From an uncultured Aminipila sp. (lineage in GTDB: Bacteria; Bacillota; Clostridia; Peptostreptococcales; Anaerovoracaceae), in the NCBI GenBank assembly GCA_963524205.1, contig CAURED010000003.1, positions 129,599 to 193,598 of the forward strand: a DNA stretch of 64,000 nucleotides, in the 5' to 3' direction. Positions 8,896-17,027 of the stretch are shown here, piece after piece. The first letter of the stretch is position 1. The number at the start of each line of letters is the position of its first letter. The translations under genes and the position numbers were made by a program. The notes beneath the pieces were generated by a model. The model ran no database searches. It was not told where the DNA came from and saw nothing but the letters and a program-made list of their open reading frames with translations.

Positions 8896-10479
8896 TTAGG
8901 AATCACTTCCCTGACTTAGCTGTTTTTGTTGACGAAGCCGCGCTCCTTCAACTTTTTTTGGTGTTAAGAAAAAAATAAATGGTACGGTTATTAGCAACAT
9001 GAATACTAAGGTCATAATACTATCAATAATCGAGTCCATGGCACCCTGGCGAACTATAAGACCTTTTATAATAGTCAAAGCCTGAATATTCGCTGAAGCG
9101 CTATCTGTTCCCATTGACATCAGCAATGACTGTAACCGATTAATGGCTTGGCATGCAGTAAATGAGCCATAATTAATAAGATCATGTAAAACATCCTGAT
9201 GATAGGCTTGCTTCACCACAAGAACATAATTCATAATGGCAATTCCCAGAGAACTGGCAACCTGACGAACTGTGTTCACCACTGCAGACGCAGTGGGCGC
9301 TAAAGCTTCAGGTACCGCACCCATGGCAGCATTTGAAATTGGCATTAGTGCCAGGCCAAATCCAATGGAACGTACCGCCAGCATAATCTGTAAATTACTA
9401 TATGATGTGTCCAAGCTCAGAACCTTTAAGTTATACGTGGTTATTATAGCAATTAGCACACCAATGATCCCAACATGAAATGCCCCATACTTATCATATA
9501 TTTTCCCACTAACTGGCATAAGAAATGCAGAAATCAATGCCATAGGCATCATCATAATACCTGTTTTCAGAGGAGAATAGCCTAACAGATTCTCAGTATA
9601 AATTGGAATAATAAAGATAACTCCCATCATTCCTATCGTTAGCAAAGACATGGATATCATGCTGGAAACAACCACTTTATTTTTAAAAACTCTGATATCA
9701 ATAAGTGGATTAGTTATGGAACCCTCCCATACAATAAATGCCGCTAATGTAAACAGGCATACAAGCAGCAACGAAATGATACTTTGAGATTTCCAACCCC
9801 ATTCAGTTCCTTTGCTGAGCGCCAGTAGCAGAGAAAAGCAGGAAACTGCAATAAACAGCGTTCCTAACATATCAAATTTTATTGTCTTATTAATTGCTGT
9901 TTTCTTTAAATAGAATGGGCAAAGCAGAATGGTAATCAGTCCAATAGGCAAATTAACGAAGAATATCCATTCCCAGCTTAGGGTATCCAGCAAATACCCT
10001 CCTAATGTAGGGCCCACAGATGGTCCCAAAATGGCGGCCAGACCCCAAATTCCCATTGCCGTTCCCATTTTTTCACGGGGTGCCAAATTATATACAATTG
10101 CCATACTGACAGGAATAATCAATCCACCTCCAATCGCCTGAATAATTCTAGAAGCAATAATCATGTTAAGGCTCCATGAAATCCCACACAAAGCGGAACC
10201 AATAGTAAAAATAATCAATGAAACAATATAAACCCGACGATGTCCAAATCGTTCACAGAGAAATGCACTAGTAGGGATAACAATACCTGACGTAAGCATA
10301 TAGGCAGTTAAAACCCATTGCATATCACTACTTGATACGCCGAAAACAGACATCATATGTGGAAGTGCAACATTTACGATACTACTATCTAGGAAGGACA
10401 TAAAAGCACCGATAACTACAACTGTAAGTGGGAGGACAGGCAGTTTAGCCTGTTCTTTCAACGGCATAGATGAATTCAT
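8896..10479 (-). CDS. MFS transporter, DHA2 (EmrB/QacA, 14-TMS) drug efflux family
   Basis: 527 aa. N-terminal FMSFLDSSIVNVALP and the following TM pattern are typical of EmrB/QacA. Confidence 0.9.
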   Translation of the reverse strand: MNSSMPLKEQAKLPVLPLTVVVIGAFMSFLDSSIVNVALPHMMSVFGVSSSDMQWVLTAYMLTSGIVIPTSAFLCERFGHRRVYIVSLIIFTIGSALCGISWSLNMIIASRIIQAIGGGLIIPVSMAIVYNLAPREKMGTAMGIWGLAAILGPSVGPTLGGYLLDTLSWEWIFFVNLPIGLITILLCPFYLKKTAINKTIKFDMLGTLFIAVSCFSLLLALSKGTEWGWKSQSIISLLLVCLFTLAAFIVWEGSITNPLIDIRVFKNKVVVSSMISMSLLTIGMMGVIFIIPIYTENLLGYSPLKTGIMMMPMALISAFLMPVSGKIYDKYGAFHVGIIGVLIAIITTYNLKVLSLDTSYSNLQIMLAVRSIGFGLALMPISNAAMGAVPEALAPTASAVVNTVRQVASSLGIAIMNYVLVVKQAYHQDVLHDLINYGSFTACQAINRLQSLLMSMGTDSASANIQALTIIKGLIVRQGAMDSIIDSIMTLVFMLLITVPFIFFLTPKKVEGARLRQQKQLSQGSDS

Positions 10480-10491
10480 AAATATATCCCC

Positions 10492-11142
10492 CTACAAATA
10501 GATTTTTATCTTAGCATTCATTCCTGGAAGCAGCTTTTCTTCATATTTACCATCAAAGCTAATTTTTACTGGTATTCGCTGGGTCACTTTTATAAATGAA
10601 TTTCCACTACTCTGCGTAGATAACAGTGAACAAACTGAAGTAGAAGCACTCCCAATAGATTCCACTTTTCCTCTAAACCATACCTTTGGAAATGAATCCA
10701 CCGTAAAACGGACTTCCTGTCCCGCTTTCACCAATTCAATTTTATCTTCTTCAATGTTAGCAGTTATGTATAATTCATTTGAATTCACCATTAATGCAAT
10801 AGGACTAGAAGGAGATCCCATTTCGCCCGCACTAGCCATTTTTTTAATAATCTGGCCACTGATGGGAGTTCTTATGACAGTCATATCTACATTGGCACCT
10901 GCTGCAAGAGTCTCGTCTGACTGTCTGGCAATAATTTCATTCTCTTCTACAAGCTGATTTTCATCAAAATTAACATCCGTGATTTTACCATTAATCTGAG
11001 GGCTTACCTTGACAATGGTAGCATCCACCTTAGCATCCTCGGTTACAATAAAATGATTGTCCTGATAAGCAAAATATAACCAAACTGCAACTAATATAAT
11101 AACTAATGAACTAAGAATAATGATTACTTTTTTATTTTTCAT
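10492..11142 (-). CDS. HlyD/EmrA-type membrane fusion protein lacking the coiled-coil hairpin
   Basis: TM anchor, a lipoyl-like half, then directly IRTPISGQI and a beta-barrel. GGAGGTGAGGAG RBS before ATG 11142. The ORF-track GTG at 11154 sits inside the RBS. Confidence 0.8.
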   Translation of the reverse strand: MKNKKVIIILSSLVIILVAVWLYFAYQDNHFIVTEDAKVDATIVKVSPQINGKITDVNFDENQLVEENEIIARQSDETLAAGANVDMTVIRTPISGQIIKKMASAGEMGSPSSPIALMVNSNELYITANIEEDKIELVKAGQEVRFTVDSFPKVWFRGKVESIGSASTSVCSLLSTQSSGNSFIKVTQRIPVKISFDGKYEEKLLPGMNAKIKIYL

Positions 11143-11143
11143 T

Positions 11144-12034
11144 TTACTCCTCACCTCCTGGTCTGCTTATCTCATCACCATCTGCGGAGGACAAATATAC
11201 CTGTGCAAACATACCATCCTTTATCAGATGATTAGGATTTTCAACAGTGATTCGTACTGGATAAGCTTTAGAAGCCGTATCCTTTGCCTGTGAAATATCT
11301 GCAATTATACCACTGAATGTCTGGTCTGGAATTGCAGCAAGGTTCACTTTGTAACTTTGACCTACTTTTAAAGAATTTATTTTCTTTTCATTAACAAAAA
11401 GGTCGATTTTAATTTGATTTAAATTAACAATAGTAAAAACTTGTGTCTGAGGATTTACTAATTCCCCAGCCTTGACATTTGCTTTTGTTACAATCCCATC
11501 CATTGGTGCAATAACCGTACTATCATCATATGCAATTTGTGCTTTATCTAAATTCGCCTGGCCCAAATCTACTGTGCTTTCTGCACGTTCCAAAACACTT
11601 GCATAGTTATTATCATAATCAGCGTTGCTCATTGCTCCTTCCTGATTAAGCTGTCTTGCTCTCTGCTCATTTTCCAAAGCATATTTATAAGCAATATTTG
11701 CATTTTCCAAGTTTGCTTTAGCTACCTCCACACTTGCAGCTAGATCCCGGGAATCCAAGCGAAGTAAAATCTGGCCTTTTTTAACTTCTGAACCAACGTC
11801 TACTAATATTTCTGCAGCTTTGCCAGTTGACTTGCTCATTACTATGACGCTTTCCCCCGCTTCTGCTTTGCCACTCAATTCACCTTCTTCAACAGCATTG
11901 GAATCCTGAGCTAACTCCTCACCATCTTTTTGTTCTGAGCTAACAGTTTTAGCTTCTTCCCGAAAAGATACACATCCACTAAGAAGGAAAAGCATTACTA
12001 AGAGGAACAAAATACAACTTCTAAATTTCTTCAT
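11144..12034 (-). CDS. efflux adaptor (HlyD/biotin-lipoyl-like) lipoprotein
   Basis: Signal peptide with lipobox LLSGC; coiled-coil hairpin plus barrel-sandwich motifs (VIAPMDGIV). AAGGAAG RBS lies 8 nt before ATG 12034. Confidence 0.8.
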   Translation of the reverse strand: MKKFRSCILFLLVMLFLLSGCVSFREEAKTVSSEQKDGEELAQDSNAVEEGELSGKAEAGESVIVMSKSTGKAAEILVDVGSEVKKGQILLRLDSRDLAASVEVAKANLENANIAYKYALENEQRARQLNQEGAMSNADYDNNYASVLERAESTVDLGQANLDKAQIAYDDSTVIAPMDGIVTKANVKAGELVNPQTQVFTIVNLNQIKIDLFVNEKKINSLKVGQSYKVNLAAIPDQTFSGIIADISQAKDTASKAYPVRITVENPNHLIKDGMFAQVYLSSADGDEISRPGGEE

Positions 12035-12644
12035 TTCTTTCACTTCCTTTTATTCCATCTAACAGTAAATCAGTGAATTCTATTGATGAAATCTGATCTA
12101 AAAACTCGCGTTTGTGAGCATCTTCTAATAACTCCTGAGTTTCTATAGAAAAAAAGATATAGGACATAAAGACATTTATTATAAGCTCTGAATTCAGCTT
12201 CTTAAACTCTCCTTTTTCCATCCTTTCTTCAAAAAAACTCCTTAGAATCATGCAAATGGGTTCATACACCCGCTTTAAATAGATATTACGTAAATCTGCA
12301 TCATACTGTATCTCAGTAAAAATAATACGCATAAAGACTTTCGATTCACTAATGGTTTTAAACCGGTTTTGCATAATATGCTGTAAAGCTTTCCTTGCAT
12401 CAAGGCTCTTGCTTTCTTCTATGGTTTTTTTCAGTGTCTCAACACCTATTGACGGTACCATACTGTTAACCACCTCATACAGAACTTCCGTTTTATTGGC
12501 AAAATGTCTAAAAATGGTTCCTTCCGAAATACCTGCAGCCCGCGCAATTTCTTTGGTGGTCGCTCCATTAAAACCCTTCTGCCCAAACACTTCCACAGCT
12601 GCTTTAAGAATTGATAATTTAGTGGGATGAATATCTTGAAACAT
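12021..12644 (-). CDS. TetR/AcrR family transcriptional regulator
   Basis: N-terminal HTH FGQKGFNGATTKEIARAAGISEGTIFRHF. First gene of the efflux operon. Confidence 0.9.
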   Translation of the reverse strand: MFQDIHPTKLSILKAAVEVFGQKGFNGATTKEIARAAGISEGTIFRHFANKTEVLYEVVNSMVPSIGVETLKKTIEESKSLDARKALQHIMQNRFKTISESKVFMRIIFTEIQYDADLRNIYLKRVYEPICMILRSFFEERMEKGEFKKLNSELIINVFMSYIFFSIETQELLEDAHKREFLDQISSIEFTDLLLDGIKGSERNEEI

Positions 12645-12655
12645 AATTAACCTCC

Positions 12656-12707
12656 TATGTAAGTAAGTACTTACTTACATAATAATAAACAAATATATAT
12701 CTGTCAA
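12656..12707 (-). promoter_or_regulatory. promoter plus 26-bp perfect palindromic operator of the TetR efflux operon
   Basis: Minus strand reads TTGACA (12702..12707), 17 nt, TATTAT (12679..12684). The palindrome TATGTAAGTAAGT/ACTTACTTACATA (12656..12681) overlaps the -10 and +1 positions and ends at the RBS. Confidence 0.6.
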
Positions 12708-12911
12708 GAAAATTATGGAATATATTTTATAACCTTAATCCTAGGGTAATGTTTTAGATTTACCACATTATGTAAAATTATAATATGCCGAAAGTCTTTA
12801 CTGTCAATTTATAGACTTTAATCTGATTAAATAAGCTGTCAATATAAAATATCCTCGTTTTGTACCTCAAATATTACCAATAACATGTCCAAAATATATT
12901 TAAAAAAGCTC

Positions 12912-12943
12912 TTGACCTTATACCTTAGGGAACAGCTTATACT
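12912..12943 (+). promoter_or_regulatory. promoter-like element with over-long (20 nt) spacer, MerR-type geometry
   Basis: TTGACC (12912..12917) and TATACT (12938..12943) separated by 20 nt, with a partial dyad AAGCTnTT / AAnAGCTT across the spacer. Confidence 0.3.
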
Positions 12944-12987
12944 ATAGTAGATGATAAAACTAACCTAAAAAAAACTTCGTTCATATT

Positions 12988-13036
12988 AAAAGCATACTAT
13001 GTAATCGACCTTCATAGTATGCTTTTAATTTATTTT
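12988..13036 (+). terminator. terminator-like hairpin with no upstream gene on this strand
   Basis: 14-bp perfect stem AAAAGCATACTATG / CATAGTATGCTTTT with an 11-nt loop, followed by AATTTATTTT. Confidence 0.45.
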
Positions 13037-13113
13037 CAAGAAAATTTAACTGTGTAAAACCCTTGTATGCTATAATATTAGTTAAAATTTATATAATGTA
13101 TTGAGGATTTACT

Positions 13114-13950
13114 ATGAAGAATATAAAAGAATATTATTCTGTCGGGGAATTTAGTAAAATCTGTAATATACCTACAAATACTTTAAGATATTACGATAAG
13201 ATTGGCCTTATTCACCCTGATAAAATTGGAGAAAACAACTACAGATTTTACAGTAAAGAAACCTTAGCTTATATTCCTGTTATAAAATATTATAAGCAAA
13301 TGGGATTCTCCCTTGAAGTAATAAAGGAGCTTGTGGATGAAAATTCATTTGTCATTCACGAAAAGCTGTTTAAAGAAAAATTAGAACGCCTAAAAGAAAT
13401 GGAAAATAGCATATATCAGAAATATGCTGCCATAGAAGGCTGGTTACAACTTATTACAGAAGCGGAACTTATAAGAAAAAATGACGTCCGGGAAGTTGCT
13501 GTAAAATATATTGAGCCCTCAACTTTTTGCTGTATGGAACAAAATTTTAATTATAATTATAAAGAAGCTATAATAAACATTGAATTTACTAATTATATAG
13601 AATCCATAGGAAACGAAGTTGCTGGTGTGATCCTATTAAACTTTCCTTCATCTAAATCAAAGTTAGGTAGAGAAAAAACTAAGGTCACTGTTATGCAACA
13701 GCCTGTTTTAAAAGTTACTCACGAAACAGAGACAAAAACATTTGGTGGGCAGGTTTTTGCCTGCTGCTATCACATTGGTTCTCACGAAACCATCGGAAAT
13801 ACTTACGATAAGATTTACGATTGGGCTTCCAAAAACAATTATATCTGCGATGAAGAATCTTACGAGCGTTTTCTTATAGATTATTGGACAACGCAAAATA
13901 CGGATTGCTTTGTTACTGAAATATTAATTAAAATAGAGAAACACATTTAA
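13114..13950 (+). CDS. MerR family transcriptional regulator with GyrI-like effector-binding domain (BmrR-like)
   Basis: N-terminal YSVGEFSKICNIPTNTLRYYDKIGL HTH, a coiled coil, and a roughly 150-aa GyrI-like C-terminus. Confidence 0.9.
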   Translation: MKNIKEYYSVGEFSKICNIPTNTLRYYDKIGLIHPDKIGENNYRFYSKETLAYIPVIKYYKQMGFSLEVIKELVDENSFVIHEKLFKEKLERLKEMENSIYQKYAAIEGWLQLITEAELIRKNDVREVAVKYIEPSTFCCMEQNFNYNYKEAIINIEFTNYIESIGNEVAGVILLNFPSSKSKLGREKTKVTVMQQPVLKVTHETETKTFGGQVFACCYHIGSHETIGNTYDKIYDWASKNNYICDEESYERFLIDYWTTQNTDCFVTEILIKIEKHI

Positions 13951-14006
13951 TTATTTCTTCTATAATTCAGCATATTACTTATTATAAATAATGCACTCTA
14001 CAGGTT

Positions 14007-14027
14007 TTTGCTGTGCCAGCAAATTTT
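14007..14027 (+). terminator. terminator after the MerR-family gene
   Basis: Stem TTTGCTG / CAGCAAA with a 3-nt loop, then TTTT. Confidence 0.45.
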
Positions 14028-14029
14028 CA

Positions 14030-14167
14030 TTACCTTTTCCCTGCCCTGCTTTCATATTGAAGCGTCACGGATTCCATAACAATTACGCCTGCTTCTCCGC
14101 GAAACAAGTTTTCATATTTTCTTAATGTAGCTTCTGTAAATCTGCCTTTTAAGTCTAGTATGTTCCA
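14030..14167 (-). pseudogene. possible relic of an Old-Yellow-Enzyme-type flavin oxidoreductase gene
   Basis: A startless minus-strand frame reads ..LKGRFTEATLRKYENLFRGEAGVIVMESVTLQYESRAGKR*. This resembles the G..T.....Y.....G..G.I..E motif region near the N-terminus of OYE/YqjM-type enzymes. Only about 45 codons remain. Confidence 0.2.
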
Positions 14168-14169
14168 TT

Positions 14170-15111
14170 TTATTCTTCTTTCTGACTATAGAATCCAATA
14201 CTATTTTTACCATTCTGTTTTATTCCGTGTAAAACTTTTTCTGCACTGTAATAAAGCAAGTCGAAACTTTCTCCAACTTCAATTGTCATCGCAATTCCCG
14301 CTGATAACGTAATCCCATGGAATTTATTTTTTTCCAGCATGTTTGCTGCTTGATGGAAAATCTCTTTAACTTTGACCAAGGCCTCTTCCCTGGTATTAGC
14401 CTTAGGCAAGTATATAAGGAACTCATCAGCAGAAGCCCTTGCTGCAACATCTGGTTCCCTAATAATACTTCTAATTGTCTCACCAACCGTTTTCAAACAG
14501 ATATTACCTTGTTCATATCCTAATGCATTATTAATCAGTCTAAAATTATCTATGTCTATAACTGCTAGCGCCCCTGTAAGAGAAAATTGGCTGATTGCAG
14601 AGTTAGTCTTTTCTTCAATATACATCCTACTCCACAGTTCAGTAATAGGGTCTATACTATTCGCAAATGTAGTAATAATTTTAGCCGTCATTTTTTCTAA
14701 TTCCTCGGTCTTATACCTAACCTGTCTCTCCAGATTCTTTCTTAGATCTTCAAGCTCTAAAACCATTTTTATTCTTTGTAACATAACCGGTTCATTGAAA
14801 GGCTTTGTAATAAAATCTCTTGCCCCTAAATCCAGACAAGTTCTTTCCACTTCATGATCTGTTAAACCTGTTAAAAATATAGTAGGTATCTTAGCAAGTC
14901 TAGAATCCTTTTTTAATAGCTTAAACGTATCAATTCCGCTAATTTCCGCCATTTCTATATCAAGCAAAATCAAATCAACTGCATTATTTTTAGCAAATTT
15001 AATGCCTTCTTTTCCATTTAGCTTCGTAGTAACTTCATAATCTTTTTCTAACGCTTTCTGTACAACCATTAAATTAAATTGGCTGTCATCCACAACTAAA
15101 ATACTTTTCAT
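14170..15111 (-). CDS. response-regulator receiver + degenerate GGDEF domain protein
   Basis: REC domain (DDSQ...DLILLDIEM). The C-terminal GGDEF fold has SADEF in place of GGDEF, while RxxD (REPD) sits exactly 5 residues upstream. Confidence 0.85.
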   Translation of the reverse strand: MKSILVVDDSQFNLMVVQKALEKDYEVTTKLNGKEGIKFAKNNAVDLILLDIEMAEISGIDTFKLLKKDSRLAKIPTIFLTGLTDHEVERTCLDLGARDFITKPFNEPVMLQRIKMVLELEDLRKNLERQVRYKTEELEKMTAKIITTFANSIDPITELWSRMYIEEKTNSAISQFSLTGALAVIDIDNFRLINNALGYEQGNICLKTVGETIRSIIREPDVAARASADEFLIYLPKANTREEALVKVKEIFHQAANMLEKNKFHGITLSAGIAMTIEVGESFDLLYYSAEKVLHGIKQNGKNSIGFYSQKEE

Positions 15112-15159
15112 TAGTCATTCCTCCAAGTTTGAAGATAATATTTAATTATAGCATATTTT

Positions 15160-15618
15160 CTATGTTTTACTAATAATTCTTTTAAATTTTCCTTTTAATG
15201 TATAATGCATTCTAAAAAACGAACCAACCACCAACAGACCTACAGAAATGCTTCCTGCCATAAGAAGTGTCTCTGTCCCAGTAGTTGCAGCCTTTTCAAG
15301 TTCTCCATTTATAAGATACAAAGTAGTGTAATACATACCTGCACCCGGTACCAAAGGTATAATTCCGGGAATTATATACACCGTAGCCGTTTCCTTATAT
15401 ACCCTTGAAAAAATGTCTGCCAGAAAACCTACCATACATGCTGCTAAAAAACATCCGAGCAAGGCACTTCCATAATCATTACGACAATAGGCGAATATAA
15501 CCCAGCCGATTCCCCCAACCAGACTGGACATAAGAATATTCTTCTTTGGAACATGAAATAATATGGCAAAGCCTACAGTTGATATAAATCCAAATACAAA
15601 TTGTAAGAAGTATGTCAT
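15160..15618 (-). CDS. threonine/serine exporter family protein (ThrE C-terminal-type subunit)
   Basis: 152 aa with 4-5 TM segments. Overlaps the upstream ThrE-type gene by 4 nt. Confidence 0.8.
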   Translation of the reverse strand: MTYFLQFVFGFISTVGFAILFHVPKKNILMSSLVGGIGWVIFAYCRNDYGSALLGCFLAACMVGFLADIFSRVYKETATVYIIPGIIPLVPGAGMYYTTLYLINGELEKAATTGTETLLMAGSISVGLLVVGSFFRMHYTLKGKFKRIISKT

Positions 15619-16397
15619 AGGATATCACCTCCGCATAGAACCCATAACCTAAGCACAACGCCGGCTCCCGTAGCTAGTGAAACTGCTATAAAAAATGCTT
15701 CTGCAGCTCTTGCTAATCCAGATAACATATCGCTTGCAAGAAAATCTCTTATTGCATTGGTGATTGCTACCCCTGGAACAAAGAGCATAAGTGCCCCAAT
15801 GGTAATAGGCCCTGAGCTGTTTCCCAGCCCTACTGTGGTACTTAACAATGCCAAAAATGCCGCAAATGCTGTACAACAAAAACCTTTTATAAAATAATTT
15901 GTTTCAATTTGATCAAAACCTACTGATAATAAATAACTGGAAGCTCCTATTACAAAAGCACAAGCAAAATCCTGAAGACTTCCCTTAAACATTAAACAGA
16001 AAAAAGAGCAGGCGAAAGCCGCACCCAGACTTCTTATCCAAATATTATATGGCTTACCTTTTCCTATCTGTTTCAGACGTTCCATGCCAGCTTCAATAGA
16101 TAAATCCGTACTTACAAAATCTCTTGAAAACTGATTTATTTCAGATATTTTGCCCAAGTCTGTTCCTGTTCCCTTTATCCGTTTAATAAAGGTAAACATT
16201 TCACTATCATCACCTTTATCTAAAGATAAAAAAATTCCTGTTGGAGTAACAAAGACTTCCACGTATGGAATATTACAAGCTCTGCATATTCTTGTAATCG
16301 TATCCTCTACTCTATAAATCTCTGCGCCACTTTTCATCATAATTTCCCCAGCTAATAAAGCCAGTATGATTATTTTTTTCTGCACTTGCTTAATCAT
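15615..16397 (-). CDS. threonine/serine exporter family protein (ThrE N-terminal-type subunit)
   Basis: SGAEIYRVEDTITRI motif typical of ThrE/DUF1212. The ORF-track TTG at 16415 lies within GGAGG, so ATG 16397 is preferred. Confidence 0.8.
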   Translation of the reverse strand: MIKQVQKKIIILALLAGEIMMKSGAEIYRVEDTITRICRACNIPYVEVFVTPTGIFLSLDKGDDSEMFTFIKRIKGTGTDLGKISEINQFSRDFVSTDLSIEAGMERLKQIGKGKPYNIWIRSLGAAFACSFFCLMFKGSLQDFACAFVIGASSYLLSVGFDQIETNYFIKGFCCTAFAAFLALLSTTVGLGNSSGPITIGALMLFVPGVAITNAIRDFLASDMLSGLARAAEAFFIAVSLATGAGVVLRLWVLCGGDIL

Positions 16398-16496
16398 TTT
16401 TATATAGGCCTCCAATCAAGATTAGTATATAAATTATAACATAAATCTATTTTTATTTTTTATTTTAATAAATTTTTAATAAATCATAATTTTCTC

Positions 16497-16525
16497 TTGA
16501 CTTTTTTAGTTTATCGCTTTATTAT
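16497..16525 (+). promoter_or_regulatory. sigma-A type promoter for the 51-aa ORF
   Basis: TTGACT (16497..16502), 17 nt, TATTAT (16520..16525). Confidence 0.4.
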
Positions 16526-16578
16526 AATAACGTAGTGAATAATTGCAGTGATGTTTTTTATATGAGGAGGATTAAATT

Positions 16579-16734
16579 ATGTTAACTGTTATGAAAGATA
16601 ATCCAGATAAAGTTGTGTTAGAAAAAAATTTTACAAAAGAAGAATTAAGTGCTTATAATTTATATACTATTAACGGATGCAGCCAGGCTAAGACTGAAAT
16701 TCGACAGCCTGCTTTTATTGGGTGCTATCACTAA
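16579..16734 (+). CDS. small ORF, 51 aa, no recognised family
   Basis: GAGGAGG lies 8 nt upstream of the ATG. Product: MLTVMKDNPDKVVLEKNFTKEELSAYNLYTINGCSQAKTEIRQPAFIGCYH. Non-hydrophobic, with two Cys in the C-terminal 18 residues. Below the ORF-track length cut-off. Confidence 0.4.
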   Translation: MLTVMKDNPDKVVLEKNFTKEELSAYNLYTINGCSQAKTEIRQPAFIGCYH

Positions 16735-16761
16735 AAATGTATTGTAAATGAATAATTTTAT

Positions 16762-16790
16762 TTGACATATTCATTCACATTAAGTACAAT
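16762..16790 (+). promoter_or_regulatory. sigma-A type promoter of the EamA leader
   Basis: TTGACA (16762..16767), 17 nt, TACAAT (16785..16790). Confidence 0.5.
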
Positions 16791-16822
16791 GGATGATAAA
16801 TTAAATAAGGAGAAAGTTTTTG

Positions 16823-16912
16823 ATGTTATCTATAATGCACATTTTGAACAATAAATATCACCACAGAGCCAAGCAGTTATACTCTTATTTTCGTAAGGGG
16901 ATAACTGCGTAA
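16823..16912 (+). CDS. candidate leader peptide (29 aa) in the EamA 5' leader
   Basis: AAGGAG lies 10 nt upstream. Product: MLSIMHILNNKYHHRAKQLYSYFRKGITA. The stop codon lies inside a predicted leader helix just upstream of the terminator. Confidence 0.3.
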   Translation: MLSIMHILNNKYHHRAKQLYSYFRKGITA

Positions 16913-16966
16913 TTTGCTTGTGCTCTTTTGGCAGAGAAGATTGCGTCATTGTGATTTCAAATTTTT

Positions 16967-17003
16967 GCTATCGGAGTGTAAGCCGATAGCTTTTTTATTT
17001 TTT
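16967..17003 (+). terminator. intrinsic terminator/attenuator in the leader, 25 nt before the EamA start
   Basis: GCTATCGG - agtgtaag - CCGATAGC followed by TTTTTTATTTTTT. The ORF-track TTG start at 16914 would read through it. Confidence 0.65.
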
Positions 17004-17027
17004 GAAATTAAACAATGGTGGTATATT

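Noticed and set aside
14372-14857. 161-aa plus-strand ORF inside the REC-GGDEF gene. The same applies to 51701..52213, 56546..57067, 35487..35861, 3786..4205, 483..809 and 158..436.
   Set aside because: All are antisense or out-of-frame shadows of strongly supported genes. None has an RBS or recognisable motifs.
16929-16944. sigma-54-like TGGCAG...TTGC in the EamA leader
   Set aside because: The GG-to-GC spacing is 11 nt rather than 10. The -24 element is TGGCAG rather than TGGCAC. No activator gene is adjacent.
16914-17027. ORF-track N-terminal extension (TTG 16914) of the EamA transporter
   Set aside because: The extension would be translated through a strong intrinsic terminator (16967..17003) and has no RBS. 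ATG 17028 gives a normal EamA N-terminus.
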